Source: a virus
Taxonomy: Duplodnaviria > Caudoviricetes
Length of the DNA stretch: 43,862 nucleotides
Direction: 5' to 3' (one strand)
Virus record (IMG/VR): IMGVR_UViG_3300037483_000078
Location: 1-43,862 of that record
In this document: positions 1 through 9,396 of the stretch, piece by piece
How the letters are laid out: each line of letters opens with the position of its first letter
How positions within the stretch are numbered: the first letter of the stretch is position 1
Notes under the pieces: model-generated
Told to the model about the DNA's origin: nothing
What the model saw: only the letters and a program-made list of their open reading frames with translations
The model's database searches: none
Made by a program: the position numbers and the translations under genes

Positions 1-606
1 GCCGCACATCATGAGCGACGTTAGGTCACCGGGAATGACCGCTGCCGTCCGATAGTCAGCCCACGATGGAATACGCACGGTGAAATTGCGGGCCGTGCCG
101 TATGGAGTGCCGGGGGGCGGTTCCCCAATGGGGGTTTCGTTCTGCATTATCGGTGCAATGCGCGTATGGGTCAGCGTGGCTCCATCGGTCGTCGGGCTTT
201 GCAGCGGGATACTTTCCGCTCCCTCGGAGCGCGTCGGGTACACATTCATTTCCTTGAGCATCCGCGCCGCCGCCACCAGCGACGAAAAGCTCAACTTTGA
301 CCGCAGGCTGACGGAGTTCACCAAACTATACGCCCCCTCGGGCACGCCCGCCGAACACAACGCTATTTTAATGTCATGGGCCGCGCAATAATCCGCGATG
401 GTCGTCAAGTGCCCCGCCAGAAGCGCATCCGACGCCGTGGTGGACATCAGCATCGTCGCGCCAAGGTCGAGGCCCAGCTTATGTGCCACCAGCCCGTGCG
501 CGGCAATATAATAATCCGCCACCTGTTCGCTTAACGCGCTGAACGCGGCGTTCGTATTCCAGACAATCAGGACGCGATGCTTGAGACTCGATGAATGAGA
601 CAGCAT
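1..606 (-). CDS. 5' part of TIGR03790-like protein, allele A (runs off the window start)
   Basis: Colinear with 43020..43625 at offset 43019; reads MLSHSSSLKHRVLIVWNTNAAFSALSEQVADYY..., open to base 1; about a dozen amino-acid changes versus the full copy. Confidence 0.85.
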   Translation of the reverse strand, partial: MLSHSSSLKHRVLIVWNTNAAFSALSEQVADYYIAAHGLVAHKLGLDLGATMLMSTTASDALLAGHLTTIADYCAAHDIKIALCSAGVPEGAYSLVNSVSLRSKLSFSSLVAAARMLKEMNVYPTRSEGAESIPLQSPTTDGATLTHTRIAPIMQNETPIGEPPPGTPYGTARNFTVRIPSWADYRTAAVIPGDLTSLMMCG

Positions 607-843
607 TACAAATCCCGCATCAGTTCAGCAATGCCGGGAAGTCCCTTGGTCGGGTTGCGCGCCATCCACGCCAGCAGCGGCAGCAGAAATCCGGGGGCCA
701 GCCATTGAGGATGATTGAACGCCAGCAGGTAGACTCCGTAGATGTTGTTGTTGGTCGCGTCCGCGACTCCTTGCCACTCGGATGTGTCGCCGAGAATCGG
801 ATAGGTCGCGGCGATGGTTTCCGTGCCTCCTACTGGCACGTCG
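1..843. repeat. Imperfect terminal duplication, copy 1 (pairs with 43020..43862)
   Basis: Direct alignment by eye: no indels, about 75 substitutions in 1-716, 717-843 identical. Confidence 0.95.
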
Positions 844-1430
844 GTTGTCGCGGCGATGGTCTTGGGCGTCCCGTCCGGGTTGATCCCGTAAAAGCGCGAG
901 GCCAGAATATCCGTGCTTCTCGTCCGATCTAGCCCCGCGCAATAAGCGGCGATGCCCGCCGCCCCTAATGTCAGCGCCCCCTGAATCGTATAGTTTGTAG
1001 GAGAGGGAGCAATCCAGCCCCCCTGTACGCCGTTACCCACGGAGATGGAAGAACCAAGAGCGTCTCCCAATGTAATACTTGTGTCAGTGGCTACTGCGGC
1101 ATGGCGCACCACGATCATCAGCGGATGCTTGAGCGCCAGCGTTGGCATCGTGCCCGTGGTTTTGACGGCGACTCCCGCAGTCCGTTTCCCAAAGGTTCCG
1201 GCCGGGCCGGGCTTAAACCACCCGTTACTCGCGCCCGTCGGCTTAAATACCGCCCCGGAAATCGGGCACACAATTTGCCCGGTCCCCGTCACGCCGCCAG
1301 AAACCCCGTCACCGGCGGTGACGTCCGGCTCCTGAATCTTCAAGACCAGATCGGGAAAGTTGGCCTGCGTCTGTGCGACAGCGACAAGAGTATCGTCGAG
1401 TAGCGCGCTGAGAAGTTTAGTTTTTTGCAT
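606..1430 (-). CDS. Hypothetical protein, Gly/Thr-rich and probably beta-rich; possible virion accessory protein
   Basis: 274 aa ORF; TAATG stop/start overlap with the next gene; lies in the late operon after the tail fibre. Confidence 0.75.
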   Translation of the reverse strand: MQKTKLLSALLDDTLVAVAQTQANFPDLVLKIQEPDVTAGDGVSGGVTGTGQIVCPISGAVFKPTGASNGWFKPGPAGTFGKRTAGVAVKTTGTMPTLALKHPLMIVVRHAAVATDTSITLGDALGSSISVGNGVQGGWIAPSPTNYTIQGALTLGAAGIAAYCAGLDRTRSTDILASRFYGINPDGTPKTIAATTDVPVGGTETIAATYPILGDTSEWQGVADATNNNIYGVYLLAFNHPQWLAPGFLLPLLAWMARNPTKGLPGIAELMRDL

Positions 1431-1433
1431 GGC

Positions 1434-1862
1434 TCACCCCGCCGTAATCAGGTTGTCGCAGGCCGCCGCTGCGGAGTTCTTCAGTCGGCAATCAATCACG
1501 CCGCCGAGGTATGTGCCTTTGGACAATGCCTCTTGAAGCGGTTGGACAATCGCGCTGAGCGGCGGAACATAGAACAGACCGGGAACGGGTACGTTGTTGA
1601 CGGGCGGTGCGCCATTCGTTCCGCAGATCGTATCCCGCGCCCCCGTGCTTTCCGCATCGAGATACACCATCATCGTTTCCGTGGGGTGCGTGTTCTGCGC
1701 CACGATGTAGGTGATGTTTGACCCGGCGGGGAACTCATATCGCTGCCACGTTTGCAGCGCGTTGAGGGGGATGGGTTGCGCGAGGGTGTCGGGGCTGGAA
1801 TCAAGACCCCCGCCGACGACTTCGACCAGCGTACCGCCAGTTTGTGGATTAACTGTTGCCAT
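1434..1862 (-). CDS. Hypothetical protein (small, probably beta-sandwich)
   Basis: 142 aa ORF directly after the tail fibre and 3 nt from the next gene. Confidence 0.7.
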   Translation of the reverse strand: MATVNPQTGGTLVEVVGGGLDSSPDTLAQPIPLNALQTWQRYEFPAGSNITYIVAQNTHPTETMMVYLDAESTGARDTICGTNGAPPVNNVPVPGLFYVPPLSAIVQPLQEALSKGTYLGGVIDCRLKNSAAAACDNLITAG

Positions 1863-1939
1863 GAATTTGTCTCAAGTAGTTTGTAGGCGTCACAGCTTCA
1901 CCATGACGTTAAGGGATGCGGAGGACCACATGTTGTTCA

Positions 1940-3217
1940 TTACTTCCACGCCCGGATAATCAACGCCCAATTTCCAACCGTAGCGGCGCCCGGCGACCCG
2001 TTCGTTTTATTAGTGATGGAGTGAATATACCCGGAAGCGTGTGTGGTGGCGCCAACCTGTGCGGCACTGGCCCAGCAGGACAGTACGCCAAAGTTGTTCG
2101 TGTTGTTCGTGTTGCCGGAGAGTTGGACTTCATCGCCGACGGCATACCCAAGCTCGGTCGTGAGGCACTTCAGAACTAGCTGAAGTAATTTAGGGGTGCC
2201 GCCCAATCCGTGATTGACTGAGTAGGCGGTTGCTTCAACCATCGGGCTCGCCAGGGTCCACTCGGTGTACTGTGTAAGTAGGTCAACAACGGGTTTCGGA
2301 TTCAGTAATATCCAACGGGATGCGCTGGCGTTATAAACCATATCCAGATCGTGGCTCGCTCCGGTGATGTCTCCGGCAGCCAAGGACGCTCGTATCCCGC
2401 CAACCACTTTCTCAATTAGTGTCGCACCCGTACCGTCTGGATTAAACGTAGCGGGCCCAGTGTTGGCGTTTGCGGCGCGGACAACGACGCGCATGTTGTC
2501 AACCAAGGCGGTGATTGCCGGCGTGAACCCAGCAGTGATGGTATCCGTTCCGGCAGCAGAAGCGGCGTTTAGCCGGCCTTGAAACGTATTTGAGCCGGTG
2601 TGTTTGTTGTTGCCGGCTAGAGCCGCCTTCGCAGCTAGAGCGGCCGTGGTAGCCGCCGCGTCGGCCTTCTCACTGTCCAACTCATTGATAGCCGCCTGCA
2701 CGGTAGTTGCGGCGATGTTGCCGGCCGGTGTGTTGCTAATGCTGGACGCGGCGGGCGTTACGGGTGACAACGCGGCAGCATCAAGCTGCCCTTTGTTCAC
2801 CGCTTCGTCGGCCTCTACGCCGGCCACGACGTTCTTGATCTTGTGGGTCTTGGCGTCCATCTTGCCGTCGGTGGCAAGGAGTATGGCTTCCTGAAGGTTG
2901 TCCAGGTTCTCCTGCGCCATGTAGAACATCTGAAGCGCGCTCGTGTCGAGCACCGCTTCGGTCACGTTGGCGCCGTTGCTGAAGTCCACGATGCGTGTGC
3001 CGGGACTGATGGAGTTCTCCGTGATGCGCCGGATGTCAATGACGGACAGGTTGGGCGGGGTCGGAGTGATTGTCACCGTACTGTCGGTGGGCCAAGAGAA
3101 CGACGCGGCTACTCCATCAACCTTAACCTGTACGTCGGTCTTGGAGATGTATGGAAACGGGACGGTCCACGTTGGGGTGGTCCCGTCGCCGACATATTGA
3201 ACGATTGAGTAAGACAT
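1940..3217 (-). CDS. Tail fibre protein with T7 gp17-type N-terminal adaptor
   Basis: N-terminus YVGDG...PFPYISKTDVQV...IRRIT...VDFSNGANVTEAVLD...Q.FYMAQE is typical of the gp17 attachment domain; follows the internal virion genes. Confidence 0.92.
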   Translation of the reverse strand: MSYSIVQYVGDGTTPTWTVPFPYISKTDVQVKVDGVAASFSWPTDSTVTITPTPPNLSVIDIRRITENSISPGTRIVDFSNGANVTEAVLDTSALQMFYMAQENLDNLQEAILLATDGKMDAKTHKIKNVVAGVEADEAVNKGQLDAAALSPVTPAASSISNTPAGNIAATTVQAAINELDSEKADAAATTAALAAKAALAGNNKHTGSNTFQGRLNAASAAGTDTITAGFTPAITALVDNMRVVVRAANANTGPATFNPDGTGATLIEKVVGGIRASLAAGDITGASHDLDMVYNASASRWILLNPKPVVDLLTQYTEWTLASPMVEATAYSVNHGLGGTPKLLQLVLKCLTTELGYAVGDEVQLSGNTNNTNNFGVLSCWASAAQVGATTHASGYIHSITNKTNGSPGAATVGNWALIIRAWK

Positions 3218-3271
3218 GAAGTCCTCAAGGTTTGAATAGGGTGTCCCCGGTGTGGCCGGGGACGGTGGGTG

Positions 3272-6200
3272 TTACGGCTGAAGTAAGAGCTTGCCGGAGA
3301 GTACGGAGGCGGCCTTGACCTTGTCGTCACGGACAGCCTTCTGCAACTCGGGGTGCTCCTTCATCAACTGCTGCTCCGCCATCTGGCGATAAGCAGCAAC
3401 GACGCGCTTGGTGATGTAGCCGCGACTTCCTTCGTACTCCGAGTCACCATCGGTGGCGTTCTTGTAACGCTCGGTGCTCATCTCATACGCTAGGCGGTCG
3501 TGCAGGTTACGCCCTGCGCCGTCTTTTACTTCCTTCCCGGCGAGTTCATCGCGGCGGGTGTACAACTGCGGTGTCAGCATCACGTTGCCGATCTTCTTGT
3601 CCGGCTTCTTGAACCCGATGCCGAGCCGCATAATCTCCTTGACGACGGGGTCGTCGGAGCCTGTGGGGTTCGCGATGGGTGACAGGAAGTCGGGGCCGAG
3701 CCGGTTTGGCACGAGCACCTTCTCTCCGAAGAGAGAGCGCTGCGCCGGTACGTCTTTACTGTAGCCGGGTAGCTTGTTCTTCCACGCATCCACGAAGCCC
3801 CACACCTCTTTTACTTCTGCGTCTTCACCGGAGGTGCGAACGCCTTTGAGGAAGTTGGGAACAAACGCGGCGGACATGTCACGCACATAGCGCAACGCCT
3901 TCGGGTCGGTCTCGCCTTGGCGGGTATCCAGCGCTTGAATGAGCGAGGACACACCAGAGAGCCAGGTGCGGTTCGTGAGGTTGTTGGAGATAGCCATCAT
4001 GGCGACGGAGGGAAGCTCGCTCATGTCCACACCATCCTCACCATAATAGGTGTTGGCGATGGTGTGTATATCCGCCGCTAGGCCAAAGAACATTCCAAGC
4101 GGGTCCGAACGGTCGAACCCGATGTACTCATCACCGATGTGGAAGGCGTAGTCCTTCACCTTCCCGTCGCGGTGCTGGAAGCGCGCCACGTCCGGGTCGG
4201 ACGGTGGGCCGCCCGTGATAACACCACGCTCCGCGAGGGAGAAGGCCAAGGCATACAGCCCGAGCCCGGTGGACATCTTTGCCATCACGAGGTCGGCTTG
4301 GCGCCCACCCGCTTTCAATGCAGCACGCTGCGACTCAGCCGCGAGGTTGAGCAGCGGGGTACGAACGCCTACATACTTTAGGATGTTGGCCGGAGTACGG
4401 ATGAACGGGACGACGAGACGCATCGTAGGAGCGATGGCGGCAGCCTTTTGAACCGTACCACCAAACTGCCCAAGCTCTTGCGTGAAGGTTCCCTCACGGG
4501 CGGCGCGAATGGCCGAGGCGTTCATGTCGCGGCTTGGAGCCTTGACGATGTTCGCGACTTCCGTCTTGAACGCTTCCCCGGTCAGCCCCTTGTCGGCGGC
4601 TGTGCGGTACGCCTGCGAGTACAACTCCATGCGGTGGTGAACCGTCTTGAAGAGTTCGTCGGCGGTGACGAGAGCGCGGCTGGGGAGGCCCGTAACGAAC
4701 CCGAGGTAGTCGATCATCTTGCCGGTGATGCCTGTAGCCTCGAACGCTTGCGCGCTGATGGCTTTGTGCCGGTGTTCCAGCTTTGTCATCGGGTCTAGGA
4801 CGGGCTCTTCGGTAACAGCCGTGCGGTACACAGAGCCGAACTCGTCGGCATCTTGACGCAGCACTTCGGCGGCTTCCTTGAACTTACCTTTACCCGACAA
4901 CGACACGGCTTTCTTGAACGACTCCATGCCTCGGGTAGAGACGCCGAGGGCATCCTTCAAACCCTGAACGATGCCGAACACCTGGCCGTTCGCTTCGATG
5001 AACGCGGCGCGGTCTTTACTTCCGAGGCCCACGGCTTGTCGAGCGGCTCCGATACCGGCCGTCAATAAACGATCAGACACCGCCATCGGTATCATCACCG
5101 TGTTCGACAGAATGTTTACTACCTGTGTTGGTGCGCCGGACAGAATCGAGTTGATGTAATACTCAATGACGGCGTCACGGGTTTTCCCGTAGGCGCCCTG
5201 CCTGACGAAGTTGCTGATCTGCACCGGGTCGGTCATCTTGGTGATGGCCTTGGCGAACGCCTTGTTGACGCCTCGCCCACCCGTCGTGCGGAGCAGTGTG
5301 TCCAGCGCGTCGGCGTCGATAGTTCCCTTCGCGGTGATACGCATGGCGCTTACAGCGCGGGCGATTTCCGTCTGGACGCCCTTCACTTCGGCTTGAATGG
5401 CAACGTGTAGGTTGGCGTGTGAGCGGAGTGCTATCAGGTCGAGGTCGGTCCCCTCCGCGCCGGCAGCCTTCTCGGCCAACTGGCTCAACCGCTTTGCGGA
5501 CGAGACCAGCACTTGGCGCGCGGCGAAGAACTTGGAGTCCAGGTTCTTCGTGTTGGCGTACAGGTTGTTGATATGTGCGGCGTCGGTGCCGGTAAGTTTG
5601 GCAATCTCCTCGACGGTGTCGTGGGTACGAACGCCGTCCACGCCACCCTTTACTTTGTTCATCAAGCTCTGGAACGTAGAGCTGGCATCGTTGAGCAGGG
5701 CTTTGACGTTACCCTCGGCGGCTACGCGCTCGAAGTTAAAGTCAATCCCTTCGCCCGCGCGTGCCAGCGATGAGAGCGCGTGCTGGGCGCTAACTGGCTT
5801 CTCAGCCGTGCCGGTAAGTTCTGACACAAAGGTGTCCATCTGTTCTTTCGGCACTTGCACATATGGCTTGGCGCGCACGACGGGAGCCGTGGTTGCTTTC
5901 GGAGCACCCGCAGCGTCAGCCGCTTTGACTTCCACCTGTGCGGCAGAAGCGGTGGCGTCAGCAGCCGGTGCGGCAGTTGCTTCCTCCGCAACCTTCGCCT
6001 TGGCGAACTTGAACACCTTGAGGGAACGCACGAGCCCTTCGGCTGCGAGACCAAGTCCCATACCTTCCAGCGCGTTCTTGAATCGCGCCTCGCCCTCAGA
6101 GTCCTTCGGGTCGGCGGCGAGATACTCCGTGACGGAGTTAGCGAACGCCGGATGCTCTTGCGCGTAGTCGTTCACAAGGTTCGACAGGCGCTTCTCGAAC

Positions 6201-6787
6201 GGGTCGAACGCGGTTGCCAGTGTGGCACCACCAGCGACGGCGGGGCCGACAACCTTTCCCATCCGCAAGAACTTCGCGAAACGGTTAAACGGGATGAAGT
6301 CGGTGACGAACTGTGTGACGCCCCGCGTGAGCGAGGGGAGAACGCGGTCAGACGCATCTACTTCCGGCAACGTGCCGGTCTCGTGCTTCCGGTCGAGGGA
6401 GTAACTGAGACCACTCTCGTCGTAGTTGATGTACCCGAGGTTCAGAACATTCTCGTTCATCCAGCCACCGAGTGAGTCAATGGCTTTACTGGTTTCGGTG
6501 AACGCATCGCGCACGCCGCCCACCGCCGACATCCCCATGTCGGCCATGAAGCCGCGCTGGGGGTTCTCCGGTGTCGCGGCATCCGCAGATGTAGAGAGCG
6601 CGCTGTTCTCGTATGCCTGGCGGAGCTTCGGGTCTTGACCGGGCTCGGGGGCAACCGCCCCGCTCTGTGCTTCATACTCCGCGAGGCGGCGCTGTGCTTC
6701 AGCCTCCGGGGTCATCTGACTTTCACGGTTGAGTGAATACTCAGTCGCGATGTCAGCGTTGGGAAGCGGCGGGACGTTGTCAGCCAT
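3272..6787 (-). CDS. Large internal virion (ejectosome) protein, gp16 position
   Basis: 1171 aa, helical and Ala-rich, with a PFIRTPANI motif; syntenic with T7 gp16. Confidence 0.8.
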   Translation of the reverse strand: MADNVPPLPNADIATEYSLNRESQMTPEAEAQRRLAEYEAQSGAVAPEPGQDPKLRQAYENSALSTSADAATPENPQRGFMADMGMSAVGGVRDAFTETSKAIDSLGGWMNENVLNLGYINYDESGLSYSLDRKHETGTLPEVDASDRVLPSLTRGVTQFVTDFIPFNRFAKFLRMGKVVGPAVAGGATLATAFDPFEKRLSNLVNDYAQEHPAFANSVTEYLAADPKDSEGEARFKNALEGMGLGLAAEGLVRSLKVFKFAKAKVAEEATAAPAADATASAAQVEVKAADAAGAPKATTAPVVRAKPYVQVPKEQMDTFVSELTGTAEKPVSAQHALSSLARAGEGIDFNFERVAAEGNVKALLNDASSTFQSLMNKVKGGVDGVRTHDTVEEIAKLTGTDAAHINNLYANTKNLDSKFFAARQVLVSSAKRLSQLAEKAAGAEGTDLDLIALRSHANLHVAIQAEVKGVQTEIARAVSAMRITAKGTIDADALDTLLRTTGGRGVNKAFAKAITKMTDPVQISNFVRQGAYGKTRDAVIEYYINSILSGAPTQVVNILSNTVMIPMAVSDRLLTAGIGAARQAVGLGSKDRAAFIEANGQVFGIVQGLKDALGVSTRGMESFKKAVSLSGKGKFKEAAEVLRQDADEFGSVYRTAVTEEPVLDPMTKLEHRHKAISAQAFEATGITGKMIDYLGFVTGLPSRALVTADELFKTVHHRMELYSQAYRTAADKGLTGEAFKTEVANIVKAPSRDMNASAIRAAREGTFTQELGQFGGTVQKAAAIAPTMRLVVPFIRTPANILKYVGVRTPLLNLAAESQRAALKAGGRQADLVMAKMSTGLGLYALAFSLAERGVITGGPPSDPDVARFQHRDGKVKDYAFHIGDEYIGFDRSDPLGMFFGLAADIHTIANTYYGEDGVDMSELPSVAMMAISNNLTNRTWLSGVSSLIQALDTRQGETDPKALRYVRDMSAAFVPNFLKGVRTSGEDAEVKEVWGFVDAWKNKLPGYSKDVPAQRSLFGEKVLVPNRLGPDFLSPIANPTGSDDPVVKEIMRLGIGFKKPDKKIGNVMLTPQLYTRRDELAGKEVKDGAGRNLHDRLAYEMSTERYKNATDGDSEYEGSRGYITKRVVAAYRQMAEQQLMKEHPELQKAVRDDKVKAASVLSGKLLLQP

Positions 6788-6801
6788 GTTCTAGTTGCTC
6801 A

Positions 6802-8424
6802 CTATTTTGGTTTGGGTTTTGCTGCGGCGAGTTGGCCGTCACGAATACGCTTGAGGCCGGCCATCTCTTCGTTGAACGTGTTGGGGTCAATGAGCGTGGC
6901 TTTAAACCGCCACACCGTTTCTCTCTCCCACTCGTCAACGGAACCGTTTGGAAGGTAAGTCTCAGCGAGGGGCCGGCGGACAGCCGCAGGCTTGCCGGGC
7001 GTGATGCCAAACCGGCGCAAGATGCGCTCGGCGTGTGCTTCGGCTTCGCTGTCCGACTGTGCGGTGGACATGGCGATGTCAAACTCTCTGAGAGCCGCAT
7101 CACGGTTTGCGGCGGCGGCCTTGTCGAAGTCGAGCGCGCCACCCACCGGGAAGGAACCCGACAACCAGTTGCGAGCGCTTTGTGTCTCATGGCTCTTCTG
7201 GATGGCCGTGCCGCGTGTCTGCATTTCATCAGCGAGGGATGCCAAGCGCGGGAACGACTTCCCGATCTTACCTTCGTTGGCGAGAATCTTTAGACCAGCC
7301 AGGTCAATGTCCCCGGTACGAATCAGGTAGTCAGTATGGGAAACTTCGTCCAGGTCTTCTGGTTGAAACCCTTCGGCAGCAGCGGTGCGAAGGAACTTGA
7401 AGTCATCCGGTTCGAGGTAGTCTTTCCACTGATGCACCAACGCGGTGATATTCTTCCCTGAGAAGTGTAGGTCAGCAAGTTGCTTGAAGATGTTGCCACT
7501 CACCTCTTTCCGCTGGTTGGCTTCGAGAGCCTTCCCACGCGTGTACTCGGTGTATGAGTGTGTCTCGGCGGCGTTCTTTGCGTCCACCACATGCTCACCA
7601 TACTTAGCCGTGTAGGCCAAGCCGGGCGAACCGTCCGCGCGGGGTTTGAAGAAGTAATCCAGCAGGCGTGAGTTGCCGTTGCCTCGGGTGGAGGCGGTCT
7701 TGAAAGCGCTGAACATCTGTAGCTCGATGTCCTTCTTGGAGACGCCCATCTGTGTGCCGAGGTCATACATGCTCTGGATGTCTTCGGGAGACGGCTCGGC
7801 CATTCCCTTCGCGTTCACTTCGGCAATGTTCGTGAAGCCCTCGAACAACATGCCGTTACGCTTCTGCAATACGTTGTCAGTGACGGTGGCTTGGTACTTG
7901 GCGCGAATCTGCTCGGCCACGTTCTGCACAGCCGGGAGATACGTCTCAAGGTACGACTTGTCCATCCCTTGGTAGTCCGAGGGGTGCATGTGCTTCGAGA
8001 GGAAGTCGTCGATGTTGTCCGTGTCGGGGTTGAACCCGGTGGCAAAATCGCTCTCCATCTCACGCGCTTTCTTCGAGGCGGACAGCGAGGCGTGCATCTT
8101 CAAGTAGCCAAGCTGGAAGGACGCGGACTGGTTGGGCGTGAGCTTAGAGAGGGCTTCGGGGCTGTCCACGTTTCCAACGGTGACACGTTCGGCGCTACCG
8201 GCCGCAGCGTCTTGCTGGTTCTTATCATCTTGGGCCGACATCAAATACTTGGTGAGTCCCGGCTGGATTCCCGTAAGGGCGGCAGCAAGGGCTCCGGTCT
8301 GCGAACCAGGCGCGGCACCCACCGCCGTGTGTACCGGGTTAGATACCACGGCTGTGCGGGAGGCGGCCGGCACAGCATCGAGCACCTGGCGGCGACCGAT
8401 GGGTTCTCTCGATGACTGCGGCAT
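6802..8424 (-). CDS. Internal virion protein, gp15 position
   Basis: 540 aa; LAAAL..IQPGL N-terminal motif; synteny. Confidence 0.7.
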   Translation of the reverse strand: MPQSSREPIGRRQVLDAVPAASRTAVVSNPVHTAVGAAPGSQTGALAAALTGIQPGLTKYLMSAQDDKNQQDAAAGSAERVTVGNVDSPEALSKLTPNQSASFQLGYLKMHASLSASKKAREMESDFATGFNPDTDNIDDFLSKHMHPSDYQGMDKSYLETYLPAVQNVAEQIRAKYQATVTDNVLQKRNGMLFEGFTNIAEVNAKGMAEPSPEDIQSMYDLGTQMGVSKKDIELQMFSAFKTASTRGNGNSRLLDYFFKPRADGSPGLAYTAKYGEHVVDAKNAAETHSYTEYTRGKALEANQRKEVSGNIFKQLADLHFSGKNITALVHQWKDYLEPDDFKFLRTAAAEGFQPEDLDEVSHTDYLIRTGDIDLAGLKILANEGKIGKSFPRLASLADEMQTRGTAIQKSHETQSARNWLSGSFPVGGALDFDKAAAANRDAALREFDIAMSTAQSDSEAEAHAERILRRFGITPGKPAAVRRPLAETYLPNGSVDEWERETVWRFKATLIDPNTFNEEMAGLKRIRDGQLAAAKPKPK

Positions 8425-8933
8425 TATGTCTTCCCGGTGGTTGTGGTGGGTTTCTTAGGCTGAGTCGAATAGAGGCCAGCGACGTTGCCGGCAATCGTGA
8501 GTGACGAGGCCAGCGCATCCGGCCCACGGTTCTGATAGATGCCGGTCTGTGTTCGCGCTTGGGCGCCCTTCCCTTCCAGCCCAGCTTGCTTCTGTGCAGC
8601 GCGGCGGTTGCTGTCAATAGTGGAGAGGTCAACCCCCTCACTGAACTTCGAGCGGGTCTGTGCGATGTCGGCGCTGACACCTCCAACACCAAACTCACCC
8701 GACGCAACTCGCAGCCGTGCGCGCTCTTGAAGAGCGGCCTTGGAACGCTCGGACATGTCCCCAGCGGCTTGTGCCTGAATCTGGTCAACCTGATCTTGTG
8801 TCGCTTGGGCGTTTGTCTCGCCCTCCTGCTGCAACTGGTTTCGCATGAACTGTGAGTCTTGCTTACCCTGCTTGTAGGCCATAGCGCCCGACAAAATCAT
8901 CAAGCCCGCCGCGATGGTAGTGGGTTCACACAT
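8424..8933 (-). CDS. Internal virion protein, gp14-like
   Basis: MCEPTTI start, hydrophobic N-terminal segment, Q/A-rich coiled coil and GV.G motif; synteny. Confidence 0.8.
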   Translation of the reverse strand: MCEPTTIAAGLMILSGAMAYKQGKQDSQFMRNQLQQEGETNAQATQDQVDQIQAQAAGDMSERSKAALQERARLRVASGEFGVGGVSADIAQTRSKFSEGVDLSTIDSNRRAAQKQAGLEGKGAQARTQTGIYQNRGPDALASSLTIAGNVAGLYSTQPKKPTTTTGKT

Positions 8934-9396
8934 TGGATTTATATCTCACGAAGGGTATGAACAAGCCGTCAGGATTGTTCGGGGGAGGTACAACATTGAG
9001 GAACTTGAACCCACACCAGTACAGCCACCGGATGGCCGCCGTGTTGCGCGAGTCGGTCCAGTTAATCAGTGTGGGGTACAACGCGTTCATGTAGTTCACA
9101 TACGCCTTACAGCGGCGAATGAACGGCTTGGTGAACAGCCGTAAGAAATCATCCGAGGCCAGCAGCCACGGAACTCCGACAAGTGGGTCGGATGGATATG
9201 GTGCGACACCGAACATAGCGACAACGGCGTCCCCGTTGAGCACGGTGAAGCACGCGTCGGGATGTTCGAGGCCGGCTTTGAGAGCTGCGTGGGGCTCGAC
9301 GCCGAGGGCTTGTAGCTCTCTAACATCGGCTTCGCGCAGCTTGTTGGACAACGGCTCCGCATCGCTTGGGATGGAGTGCCGAACCAGCGGCTTCAT
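8926..9396 (-). CDS. gp13-like virion assembly protein (GNAT-like fold)
   Basis: LREADVREL...AMFGV...PWLL...LINW.D.RN..AIRWL.WCGF motif; likely ATG start at 9396 overlapping the gp12 stop. Confidence 0.85.
   Translation of the reverse strand: MKPLVRHSIPSDAEPLSNKLREADVRELQALGVEPHAALKAGLEHPDACFTVLNGDAVVAMFGVAPYPSDPLVGVPWLLASDDFLRLFTKPFIRRCKAYVNYMNALYPTLINWTDSRNTAAIRWLYWCGFKFLNVVPPPNNPDGLFIPFVRYKSNV

Noticed and set aside
1-843. Diversity-generating retroelement (TR/VR pair)
   Set aside because: Differences involve all four bases and are mostly synonymous; no reverse transcriptase in the genome
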